From: Promethearchaeota archaeon
Lineage (GTDB): Archaea; Asgardarchaeota; Lokiarchaeia; Sigyniarchaeales; SOKP01
Length of the DNA: 27,623 nt
Reading direction: 5' to 3'
Assembly (NCBI GenBank): GCA_048938005.1
Contig: JBHLMQ010000040.1
Coordinates: 1 to 27,623 of the forward strand
This document shows, piece after piece, positions 8,721 through 17,427 of this stretch. The notes below the pieces were generated by a model. The model worked only from the letters and a program-made list of their open reading frames with translations, did not search any database and was not told where the DNA came from. Within the stretch, counting starts at the first letter, position 1. Each line of letters opens with the position of its first letter. A program made the translations under genes and the position numbers.

Positions 8721-9554
8721 TTGTTTAATATAATTGATACACATTATTATGATTTGAGGTCATTACCTTATAGGATTTTTAAATCTAAGTTTGATAAAAT
8801 ATTAAAAAGAATACCTGCACTTGGTAAACTTCTATCTAGCTTGTTTGGTATTTTTGAATTATATATTCTTGAGCTTTTTAGAAGAATTGATAAGAAGTTA
8901 AATATCTATACCATGGGTATAGTTAATAAATATTTTTTAAAAGGCAGATGGGGAGGAAGAGTTGTTCCTCTGAATAAAAATTTAGATATTGATTCAAAAT
9001 TCATCTCTTCTCAAGAAGTCTTAGAAATACTCAGTCGTTCGAATGTTGCGGGGATTAGTTGGTGTTATTGTCGATCTGTTCAAAGAAAATATGAAAAACC
9101 AAATTGTGATCATCCATTATTTTCCTGTATCCATTTAAGCTCTGGTAAATCCTTATATGAAATCCCCCATAAATCCTATAATCTAAAAAAAGTACCCAAA
9201 AAAGAAATTATAGAATTGTTAGAAGAATGTGATAAAAGAGGATTAGTTCATCAGTTAATATATTTTCCCAATCCACAATTTTATTATTTAATATGTAATT
9301 GTTGTCCTTGTTGCTGTGTGGTTTTGAATAAGTTTCTTAAGTTTGGTTCTCCACAGATGATAAAAAGTGACTTTATTGCTAAAACAGATTTAAATAAATG
9401 TATCAATTGCGGGAACTGCGAAACTTGGTGCTATTTTGGAGGAAGACGTATTATTAATAATAAATTACAATTTAGCCCAGCAAGATGTTTCGGATGTGGA
9501 ATTTGTGTATCTAAATGTCTTAATAATGCAATCTCATTAATTCCTAAAAATTAA
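8721..9554 (+). CDS. 4Fe-4S dicluster protein with a Cys-rich CNCCPCCC domain
   Basis: CYCR, C..C and CNCCPCCC motifs, then CINCGNCETWC and CFGCGICVSKC ferredoxin motifs; start (TTG) uncertain. Confidence 0.85.
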   Translation: MFNIIDTHYYDLRSLPYRIFKSKFDKILKRIPALGKLLSSLFGIFELYILELFRRIDKKLNIYTMGIVNKYFLKGRWGGRVVPLNKNLDIDSKFISSQEVLEILSRSNVAGISWCYCRSVQRKYEKPNCDHPLFSCIHLSSGKSLYEIPHKSYNLKKVPKKEIIELLEECDKRGLVHQLIYFPNPQFYYLICNCCPCCCVVLNKFLKFGSPQMIKSDFIAKTDLNKCINCGNCETWCYFGGRRIINNKLQFSPARCFGCGICVSKCLNNAISLIPKN

Positions 9555-9603
9555 ATGAATTAAATAGAACGATAACAATGTGAAATAAAAAAAAGATATC
9601 CAA

Positions 9604-10815
9604 TTATTTGCGTTTAGGTGGTTTTATCAAATATGCTAATATAGCTGCTCCTACGGACATAACTCCCATTACAATAAATAGTATTAAATAACTCCCAAAT
9701 GCTAAAACTAATAGATTAACGCCTACAGCACCAATAAAACCAGCAATTCCATACGCCGTAAACACCATTCCATAATTAGGACCCAGATTTTTTGTACCGA
9801 ATAAGTCAGCAGTTGCTGTGGGGAATAAGCTGAAATTCCCTCCAAAGCAGAAATAGATTGCACATGTCATTATTAAAAAGTAAATCTCATTAACATTTGT
9901 TGTAAAGTAGATAACTAAAAGGATTGCTTGGGTAGAAAACATTAATAGCATTGCCTTTTTGTAAGATATTAAATCAGATAACTTTCCCCATACTATTCTT
10001 CCTAAACCATTGAATAATGCTGCCAAACTTCCAATTAATACAAAATCAACAATTATATATGTTTTTATGAAGGCTGCGTAAGATCCTATCACCATTAATC
10101 CTGATATTGCACTTAAAACAAAAGCCGCCCAAAGCATCCAAAATTGTGGTAATTTCAATGTTTGTTTCCGTTCAAACTCAAGTCCAGAAATTCCACTTTT
10201 TTCAGAAGGAGCAGGAGGGTCCCAACCTTTAGGCTTCCAACCTTCTGGGGGATTACTTAGTGTCATTGCACCTCCAATAATGAGAAATAGGTAAATTTCT
10301 CCTAAAACAATGAACATTATTGGAATATTAAAGGAAATAACGAGTGCTCTTATCACATAATTGAATACAAATGAACCAGCACCAAATCCAGCAACAGCAA
10401 TACCGTTAATAAATCCTTTTTTATCTGGAAACCATTTACTTGCGGAAGCTATAGGGCATACATACCCAAATCCTATTCCCATTCCAAAAATAATACCATA
10501 AGTGATTAGTAATCCAATAAAAGTAGTCATAAATGAGGATAAAATAACACCTCCACCCATTAACACTCCTCCCAGAATGGCAATATTTCTTGGGCCATAT
10601 TTTTGCTGTAATTGCCCCGCAAAAATCATTGTTATTGCAAAAGATAATAATCCAACCCCAAACACAAATACAGTTAATTCCTCGATTTCATGCACATAAG
10701 GGCTTACAAAAATAGTAAGTGTCCCCCATGAATATATTGTTCCTAATGCTAGTTGAATTAATATAGCTCCGATGACAACAATCCAACGGTTTCTAACTTT
10801 TTGTTCCTCAGACAC
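9604..10815 (-). CDS. MFS transporter, OFA (oxalate/formate antiporter, monocarboxylate) family
   Basis: NRW...ALGTIYSW, KWFPDKKG...GFGAG, FNGLGRIVWGKLSD and FGTKNLGPNYG motifs; about 12 TM helices. Confidence 0.9.
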   Translation of the reverse strand: MSEEQKVRNRWIVVIGAILIQLALGTIYSWGTLTIFVSPYVHEIEELTVFVFGVGLLSFAITMIFAGQLQQKYGPRNIAILGGVLMGGGVILSSFMTTFIGLLITYGIIFGMGIGFGYVCPIASASKWFPDKKGFINGIAVAGFGAGSFVFNYVIRALVISFNIPIMFIVLGEIYLFLIIGGAMTLSNPPEGWKPKGWDPPAPSEKSGISGLEFERKQTLKLPQFWMLWAAFVLSAISGLMVIGSYAAFIKTYIIVDFVLIGSLAALFNGLGRIVWGKLSDLISYKKAMLLMFSTQAILLVIYFTTNVNEIYFLIMTCAIYFCFGGNFSLFPTATADLFGTKNLGPNYGMVFTAYGIAGFIGAVGVNLLVLAFGSYLILFIVMGVMSVGAAILAYLIKPPKRK

Positions 10816-11021
10816 TTTTCATTTCACTATAATATTTTTATATTGTTAACAATTAATTGATGGATAAAAACATTCTTTTAATATTTTAAAAATAGTTAAC
10901 CAATGTATCTTATTCAATTTATACAAAAACGTGAATTCTCTAAGGTTTCCATAAAAAAATTAAATAAAATATGTTATATTTTAAAGTTTTATATAAAACA
11001 GTTCAGTTAGAATATTAGATT

Positions 11022-12026
11022 ATGAGGTTTATTTCAGGTTTAAAAAGTCTATCAAAAAAGACAATTTTACTAATTATCATTATCCTTTTTGTCGTTTCTT
11101 GGTTTTTTTTCGTATTTGGGTTTGATGTATTTTCAAATATCACATTCAGTAGATATTTTTTATATTTTCTTGCTATTTTAGCGGGATTTACATTTATGTT
11201 ATTTATAATTTCATTTTTTAGACCTTTGGAAAAAATGGGTATAGTTCTTATAGTTACAGCAGCAGTTTTAACATTACCTATTATGTGGGTTTTTAGTTTG
11301 ATAATTGGTTTTAGTATCTTTTTTTCATTCTCTATTTTAGCAAATGCTATAATAACAGCATTTTTTGCTTTTAAATTTTGTATGGATACATCTATAAAAG
11401 TTGATGATTTCTTTTATAAAAAGGAGAGTTCTAGAATATTCACAAGAATAATAGAATTTGTTACTTTTTTTCTACTTAGCTTGTTGTTTACATTATTATT
11501 AATAAGATTTTTTGGATTTAAAAATATTTCAAATGCCTTCTTTAATCTGTTTTTAATAGGATTAATATTAATCGGAATTGTGTTAATAAGGATAATTTTT
11601 ACAAAAAAATTAGCTGCCTATATTACTCTTTTTAACTTAATGACTTCATTTTATCTTCTTTATCTTGTTATAGATCTCTTATCAGAATTTATTTTCTTTG
11701 ATGATTCAGGTTATGATATTTTTGCATTTTGTATTGATTTAGCCTTGTTTGTATATATCATTGGCTCAATTTATGATAGAGTTGACTATATACAGGAGAA
11801 GCTTAAAATATTTAGAGTTGATACAATAGCCTTATTTGTTATTTTAATGAAATTATTGGTTCAGATTATGGGGATTTTCCAAGAATTATATATACCTTAT
11901 TTCCCCTTAGCAGTATTGCAGCGAATAATAATTGAGGTACAGATTTTATGGTTTTTCTTTGTAATTTTTACACTTATAGTTGGAATTTATACTATTTTTA
12001 AACATAAAGAAGGGAAGAGCTCTTGA
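11022..12026 (+). CDS. Hypothetical polytopic membrane protein
   Basis: 334-aa ORF with about 10 hydrophobic helices; no recognised motif. Confidence 0.8.
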   Translation: MRFISGLKSLSKKTILLIIIILFVVSWFFFVFGFDVFSNITFSRYFLYFLAILAGFTFMLFIISFFRPLEKMGIVLIVTAAVLTLPIMWVFSLIIGFSIFFSFSILANAIITAFFAFKFCMDTSIKVDDFFYKKESSRIFTRIIEFVTFFLLSLLFTLLLIRFFGFKNISNAFFNLFLIGLILIGIVLIRIIFTKKLAAYITLFNLMTSFYLLYLVIDLLSEFIFFDDSGYDIFAFCIDLALFVYIIGSIYDRVDYIQEKLKIFRVDTIALFVILMKLLVQIMGIFQELYIPYFPLAVLQRIIIEVQILWFFFVIFTLIVGIYTIFKHKEGKSS

Positions 12027-12140
12027 AATCATATATATAGAATATTATGAATATTTTTAAAAATAATTAAAAAGTTTATTTCTGATTTTATCGTTACTTT
12101 ATATTAATCAAAATAAATATCATTAAGGAAAAAGAGAAAT

Positions 12141-12278
12141 ATGAATGAAACTGAATTAAGAAAACGAAATATAAAAGGATTAATCATAATTTTCTCTGTA
12201 GTGGCATTGATTGTAGCGATAACTATTATTAGTGTAGTATTTTTTGGTCCTACTGGAGGTACAGGATGAGGTGGTTAA
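12141..12278 (+). CDS. Small single-pass membrane protein, candidate selenoprotein (45 aa with Sec43; 42 aa if TGA is the stop)
   Basis: MNETELRKRNIKGLIIIFSVVALIVAITIISVVFFGPTGGTG-[TGA 12267-69]-GG-TAA; SECIS-like hairpin downstream. Confidence 0.6.
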
Positions 12279-12360
12279 ACTCCGATAAAAGCCAATATGT
12301 CAGTTGTTTTTAGGAAAATATCTCGAAATTGAATAAATATAAGATAATATAAATACTGAA

Positions 12361-12403
12361 TGGAATGATTCTTGCGAAAAAATTTTAGTGGCAGGAGGAC
12401 CGA
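12361..12403 (+). promoter_or_regulatory. Putative eukaryote-like (Lokiarchaeal type) SECIS element
   Basis: ATGA (12365-68) T TCTTGC - GAAAAAA-led loop - GCAGGA G GA (12398-99): AUGA/GA core, 6-7 bp upper stem and apical adenosines, in the 3' UTR of an ORF with an in-frame TGA. Confidence 0.55.
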
Positions 12404-12542
12404 CCTTGCAATGGTTTCGGTATAGAAAAGTATAATATTAAGAAAATCCCATTAATTATTTATTTTTTATTTTTTGAAATTAAATTAGTATTTTCTAATT
12501 ATAATAAAAAATTTTAAAAAAATTAGCAAGTTTAGGATTAAT

Positions 12543-12695
12543 ATGTCAGATGTGAAACTAATAGTAAATGAAAAAAAAATCCCTTTAAAAGATTTTATGC
12601 AGGAAATGCTAACAAATATAATTCTAGGTTATCTAAAATCTACAAAGGGGATACCGGAAACAATTGAAAACATTAGAATTGAAATTAATCTGTAA
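12543..12695 (+). CDS. Small protein (50 aa) resembling the stand-alone C-terminal domain of archaeal MobB
   Basis: MSDVKLIVNEKKIPLKDFMQEMLTNIILGYLKSTKGIPETIENIRIEINL; fits the recalled V.L.VN...IPL..F......I.G....LKG.....I.I.I pattern. Confidence 0.7.
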   Translation: MSDVKLIVNEKKIPLKDFMQEMLTNIILGYLKSTKGIPETIENIRIEINL

Positions 12696-12762
12696 CTTCT
12701 TTATTTTTATTTTTTATCTTAATTTTAAACCTTAAAAATAGAAAAAAGAAAAAAATAGATAA

Positions 12763-14073
12763 TTAAAGTTCTTGTATTGCTTTTTCTTTAGCAATCCGTT
12801 CTTCTTCGGTTAATTCTACCTCGCCTCTTCTGACTAAGTACATAAATACCAAAGCAGCGAGGAAGAAAAAATAGCTAACTAAAAATAAGGTGTAATTACC
12901 GAGTAAGTCTGTTAATGAACCAACCATAAATGGTCCTAATATTGCTGCCATAAAGCTGAAGAAATAGTATACTCCTGTATAAGTTCCGATTTTTTTGCTT
13001 GTAGGAGCCATTTGCCATACTATTACTATCGAATTGATGTTAATAAATGCCCAACCAACACCTGCAATAAATAGAATTATAGAAATCACCATAACTGTTT
13101 GGATTAAAAAACCAATAATTAGGGCACTCATGAAAATCAATAATCCAATTTTTATTGTTAATCTCCTACCTAGTTTTGAGCCTAAAATCCCTGCTGGAAG
13201 TGCTGAGATAAGAAAAGCAATTGCTACATACGTTAACATGAAGCCGGCATCCCCTCGTTCTAACCCTAAAACATCCGTCCCATAAACTGTATAAAGCGCT
13301 TCTAATGCTTGATATCCTACGAACCATGAAAAAATTGCTAATAACATATATAATGTGGATTTGTCTTTTTCTGATAGAATATCCTTAAAACTTTCAATTA
13401 AATTAGGTCTATCCTTTTTATCCTTAACTTTTTGCCCTTCTACTTCCTCCTTTTCTAAAATTAGTTTATAACTGTAAGATTCTTTCTCTTTTATTGTCAA
13501 TAGTAATACAACTAGAGACAAAACCATAATTATTGCAACTGCTAAAAATGCAAGGAATAAACTAATCGGCACAAGGTACCTATTGAATATATAAGCGATT
13601 AAGGCCCCAACTCCACCCATGAAGTTAATAACGGCATTTCCTTTACTTCTATTTACTGGTTTTACAAAATCTGGCATAAGTGCTACTGCTTGTGATCTAT
13701 AAGATGCCATACTCACATTAAAAAAGAACATCCATAGAAGTAATAACCACAAAGGATCTGAAGATGGATTTATTGTAGAGATCATAACAAAAAATATAGC
13801 TGCTAGAGGGATCCCGGCAACTAGATAGGGCATGCGTCGACCAAGTCTTGTTCGAGTATTATCTGATACAGTACCCATAATGGGTTGGATACAAACCCCA
13901 ATAACGTTATCCATTGCCATCCATGCTCCTACAAGTGCATAAGAACCCAGATACTCAAATAATGTGATATTAACTTGAGTATTGAACATTGACCAAGCAA
14001 TACCTGTTGTAAAGAATGCCAATCCAATTAAAGTAGTTTGCTTTATATTAAATTTATCTGTAGTTTCTGACAT
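12763..14073 (-). CDS. MFS transporter, GPH/SLC45-like sugar:cation symporter
   Basis: QPIMGTVSDNTRTRLGRRMPY, ALMPD...RSKGNAVINFMG and GTYTGVYYFFS; about 12 TM helices. Confidence 0.9.
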   Translation of the reverse strand: MSETTDKFNIKQTTLIGLAFFTTGIAWSMFNTQVNITLFEYLGSYALVGAWMAMDNVIGVCIQPIMGTVSDNTRTRLGRRMPYLVAGIPLAAIFFVMISTINPSSDPLWLLLLWMFFFNVSMASYRSQAVALMPDFVKPVNRSKGNAVINFMGGVGALIAYIFNRYLVPISLFLAFLAVAIIMVLSLVVLLLTIKEKESYSYKLILEKEEVEGQKVKDKKDRPNLIESFKDILSEKDKSTLYMLLAIFSWFVGYQALEALYTVYGTDVLGLERGDAGFMLTYVAIAFLISALPAGILGSKLGRRLTIKIGLLIFMSALIIGFLIQTVMVISIILFIAGVGWAFININSIVIVWQMAPTSKKIGTYTGVYYFFSFMAAILGPFMVGSLTDLLGNYTLFLVSYFFFLAALVFMYLVRRGEVELTEEERIAKEKAIQEL

Positions 14074-14187
14074 ATTGTTTAACCAAATTTTAGTAAATAA
14101 TTGATTATTTATTAAATCTTAAACTATTTAAAAGATCTATCTAGCATTTTTCTTTTTAAAAAGTAATTTACATAATATTGAAAATTT

Positions 14188-15072
14188 ATGAAACTAGAGC
14201 CAGAATGTATTGGATGTCTTTTTAATCAAGTGTTAAAAGCATTTGAATTACTACGACCGAATATATCTCGTGAAATTGTAATAATTGCTCAAAAAAGACT
14301 TATGAAATTCCTAATAAATTTTGATATAAATGAAAATGCACCTCCAACTCTAGGAAAAGTTACATACAATATTATCGCAGAACTTCTGGAGGATGAAGAT
14401 CCTTATCATGATCTTAAAATTGAATATAACAGTCTTGTAATGAAATATTCTAATGAAATTATGAAAATAATTGAAGAAGCAGAAGATCCTTTATTTAAGG
14501 CAATATTAGCTTCAGCACTTGGAAATACGATTGATTTTGCTACCCAACATGATATTGACATTGGAACTGACCTTAAAAATTTTTCAATTGAAAAATTGGC
14601 TATTAATGATTATAAAGAATTCAAAAAATCACTTGATAATACCCACCACTTGTTAATAATAGGTGATAATGCCGGAGAGATAGTTTTTGATAAAATGCTA
14701 GTCATGATTATCAAAAAGTATTACCCCAATTTAGAAATTTTTTATTCTGTAAGATCTGCTCCTATCATCAATGATGCCACTATTGAAGATGCTAAGTTTA
14801 TTAGTTTAACGGATTTGGTTCCGGTTATTGAGTCAAATCCAGCTCCAGGAATAATTATTTCTGATGCATCAGAAGTATTTAGAGAACATTTTTTTAAGAG
14901 GAAAGGGGTGATTTTATCTAAAGGACAGGGTAACTTTGAAAGTCTTTATCATATGAAAATCCCCGAAAAAGACGTTTATTATTTACTAAAAGTAAAATGT
15001 AATTTGATGGAACGAATATTTGGAGTTAAAATTGGAGATTTAATTTTTAAAAAAGAGAGTCACGAATTTTAA
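14188..15072 (+). CDS. DUF89/ARMT1-like damage-control phosphatase
   Basis: ECIGC, DPY..LK...N, GNTIDF, DNAGEIVFD, PIINDAT, KGQGNFESL and KC motifs. Confidence 0.92.
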   Translation: MKLEPECIGCLFNQVLKAFELLRPNISREIVIIAQKRLMKFLINFDINENAPPTLGKVTYNIIAELLEDEDPYHDLKIEYNSLVMKYSNEIMKIIEEAEDPLFKAILASALGNTIDFATQHDIDIGTDLKNFSIEKLAINDYKEFKKSLDNTHHLLIIGDNAGEIVFDKMLVMIIKKYYPNLEIFYSVRSAPIINDATIEDAKFISLTDLVPVIESNPAPGIIISDASEVFREHFFKRKGVILSKGQGNFESLYHMKIPEKDVYYLLKVKCNLMERIFGVKIGDLIFKKESHEF

Positions 15073-15549
15073 TTATGTTCCATTAGTCCTTAATTTTTTA
15101 ATAGCTTCAGTGAAGAAACCAAAGTCTCTCTCAGTTTCCTTTTGCGAATCTTTAATACGATTAAAGTATTCTTCGATTTGTCTAAATAAAACCTTTTTAA
15201 ATGAGGTAAATTGGCTAACTTCATTACAATTATCATCAATTTCAGTACGATATAATGAGTAAAACATATCTAAAGATTTTTCGGCTTCTTCCCTTATATT
15301 ATGTTTTATAAATTCTTTATCAAGAATAGCAACGAAGATCAGGTTGTATTTATAAACTACTATCATTTGTACGTCAAGACCTTTTATGTTAATTTCTTCA
15401 ATGCGCCCTAGATTTTCACCGAATAATCCTAATGCCCCAACAAAAGAAGATAACAAAACGGGATTAATCTTCGTATCTAATATAAGATCAAGTAAGTATT
15501 CGCCTGACTCCTTGCAGATAACTATACCTTTGAGCAGATTAGTATCCAT
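15073..15549 (-). CDS. Longin/roadblock-like domain protein (Asgard type)
   Basis: Beta-hairpin IVICKESGEYL, helix NPVLLSSFVGALGLFG, strands IEEINI/MIVV/LIFVAILD and helix ..MFYSLY...F..F; pattern typical of Lokiarchaeal longins. Confidence 0.7.
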   Translation of the reverse strand: MDTNLLKGIVICKESGEYLLDLILDTKINPVLLSSFVGALGLFGENLGRIEEINIKGLDVQMIVVYKYNLIFVAILDKEFIKHNIREEAEKSLDMFYSLYRTEIDDNCNEVSQFTSFKKVLFRQIEEYFNRIKDSQKETERDFGFFTEAIKKLRTNGT

Positions 15550-15805
15550 AATGTCAATCTTCCCTGTTATTATTCTAATTAATACCTATATAACTAAAAA
15601 CTATATTGTTTAATAAAATCATCTAATTTATTGTTTTAATAATAGGATATATTATCTGGAAAATAGGTATAGAATCCGGGTACCAAGTTTATAATACTTT
15701 ATAAATTCGTGATGGTGATACATACAATAAATAATTTTATTGCTCAGAGAAAAAATTAAAATTTGAGTTAATTAATAATTTTTTTAAAAAGAAAAATATA
15801 ACTTT

Positions 15806-16657
15806 TTATTTTTCTAATATTTCCCTTATTTTTTTGACAGTCTCTTTAAATGCTTTAGCAGATTTACTCTCAGGGTATTTTAAAATAAAGGGTAATCCTT
15901 CATCTCCTTGTTGACTAACTTCAGTTTCAAAAGGGATTTTCCCTAAAAGTTGAATATTAAAGTCCAGAGAGGCTTTTTCTGCGCCACCTGGAGGGTATAA
16001 ATCAACATATTCGCCACAATGCGGACAATTGAAACCAGACATATTTTCAATAATACCAAGGATTTTTCTCTCCATTACTATAGCCATTTTTATTGTCTTT
16101 CTAGCATCCATTAAAGCCACTTCTTGAGGGGTAGTAACCACAATTACATTTTCATCCGGAATTAACTGTAATATATCTAAAATTTCATCTGAAGTTCCAG
16201 GAGGCAAATCACATATTAGATAATCAAGTTCACCCCAAACAGCATCTCCCAAAAATTGTCTAACAGCACTCATTTTCATAGGACCCCTCCAAATTACCGG
16301 ATCATCAGGTGTGAGAGTTAAAAACGCCATACTCATAACTTTAAGTTTTAAAGGTCCATCAATGGGAAAAAATTTCTTAGCTTCAACATCTACTCTTGGT
16401 TTTAGCTCTGGATTAATCCCCAGCATTTTTATAACATTTGGTCCTGTAATATCTACATCAAGAATTCCAACCCGCAATCCTACACTAGCTAAACTCATAG
16501 CAAGGTTAATAGCAACAGTAGTTTTACCAACACCACCTTTCCCTGAAATAATGACGAGTTTATGTTTTATCTTTTCCATATTCGTTTTAATGTTTTTAGT
16601 TCGTTCATCTAGCATCATTTCTCTTAAATTTATATCTGGAATCTCTTCTTCTGACAT
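15806..16657 (-). CDS. mrp: Mrp/NBP35 family Fe-S cluster carrier ATPase
   Basis: SGKGGVGKTT, DVDITGP, VIWRGPM, WGELDYLICDLPPGTSD, VTTPQ and ENMSGFNCPHC. Confidence 0.95.
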   Translation of the reverse strand: MSEEEIPDINLREMMLDERTKNIKTNMEKIKHKLVIISGKGGVGKTTVAINLAMSLASVGLRVGILDVDITGPNVIKMLGINPELKPRVDVEAKKFFPIDGPLKLKVMSMAFLTLTPDDPVIWRGPMKMSAVRQFLGDAVWGELDYLICDLPPGTSDEILDILQLIPDENVIVVTTPQEVALMDARKTIKMAIVMERKILGIIENMSGFNCPHCGEYVDLYPPGGAEKASLDFNIQLLGKIPFETEVSQQGDEGLPFILKYPESKSAKAFKETVKKIREILEK

Positions 16658-16915
16658 ATTATTTACTCACTATTTTTAAATAATTTGGTCTTAAACTCTT
16701 TTCTATTAATTATTTGAAACAATAGAGGTGCTTTATTTCTTTCGTTAATAATTTATGAATCTTTCTATAATTTCAATTATAATTATAATTCCCATTATGA
16801 GTAATTTATAATAAATAAACTAAAGAAATTAATAAATCTCAAAATATTATTCATTACTCGAAAGCGTAGAAAATTTAAAAATTAAAGGTGTTGTTGAATT
16901 CCAGTTAGTAATTTC

Positions 16916-17383
16916 ATGGAGCTCTATAAATTTTTACCTAAGACTAACTGTAAAAAGTGTGGGAAACCTACTTGTATGGCTTTTGCCTTAGATTTATTAA
17001 AAGGAAAGGTAAAAATTGATGATTGTACTCCGTTATTAGAGGCTAAATATAAGAAGAATTATGATACATTAAAAGATTTAATTGGTGCTGAAGAGGGAAA
17101 AGAAAAAGAGCTTAAAATAGATGTGGACAATGAATTATGTGATGGATGTGGGATCTGTGTAAGTGTGTGCCCAGTTAATGCAAGATATTGTCCTCCAACA
17201 TTAAGTGGTAAAGCTCCCGATTATCCACCTGAAAAGCATCAATTATTTCAAGTTAAGGGTGGAAAATGTGAATTATTAGCGATAGAACATTGTCGAAGGA
17301 TTGAAGCAGAAGGAAGAGAAAGAGAATGTCGCGTCTGTGAGACTTATTGTCCACGAGAAGCTATTAAAATTGATTATGTGTGA
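16916..17383 (+). CDS. Fe-S protein, FwdH-like (LPKTNC FeS domain plus 2x4Fe-4S ferredoxin)
   Basis: LPKTNCKKCGKPTCMAFA...C N-domain, then CDGCGICVSVCP and CRVCETYCP; first gene of the fwd cluster. Confidence 0.75.
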   Translation: MELYKFLPKTNCKKCGKPTCMAFALDLLKGKVKIDDCTPLLEAKYKKNYDTLKDLIGAEEGKEKELKIDVDNELCDGCGICVSVCPVNARYCPPTLSGKAPDYPPEKHQLFQVKGGKCELLAIEHCRRIEAEGRERECRVCETYCPREAIKIDYV

Positions 17384-17427
17384 TTAATGATTAGTTTTTT
17401 AATTTGAATTAATAAGTGTTATGAATT

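Noticed and set aside
12385-12440. tRNA-Cys-like look (TAGTGG plus a TTGCAAT 7-nt loop)
   Set aside because: No T-arm (GTTCRA) or acceptor stem; better explained as a SECIS-like hairpin plus an adjacent stem
15682-15716. Imperfect inverted repeat around TTTATAA/TTATAAA
   Set aside because: AT-only core, consistent with an ordinary TATA region or chance
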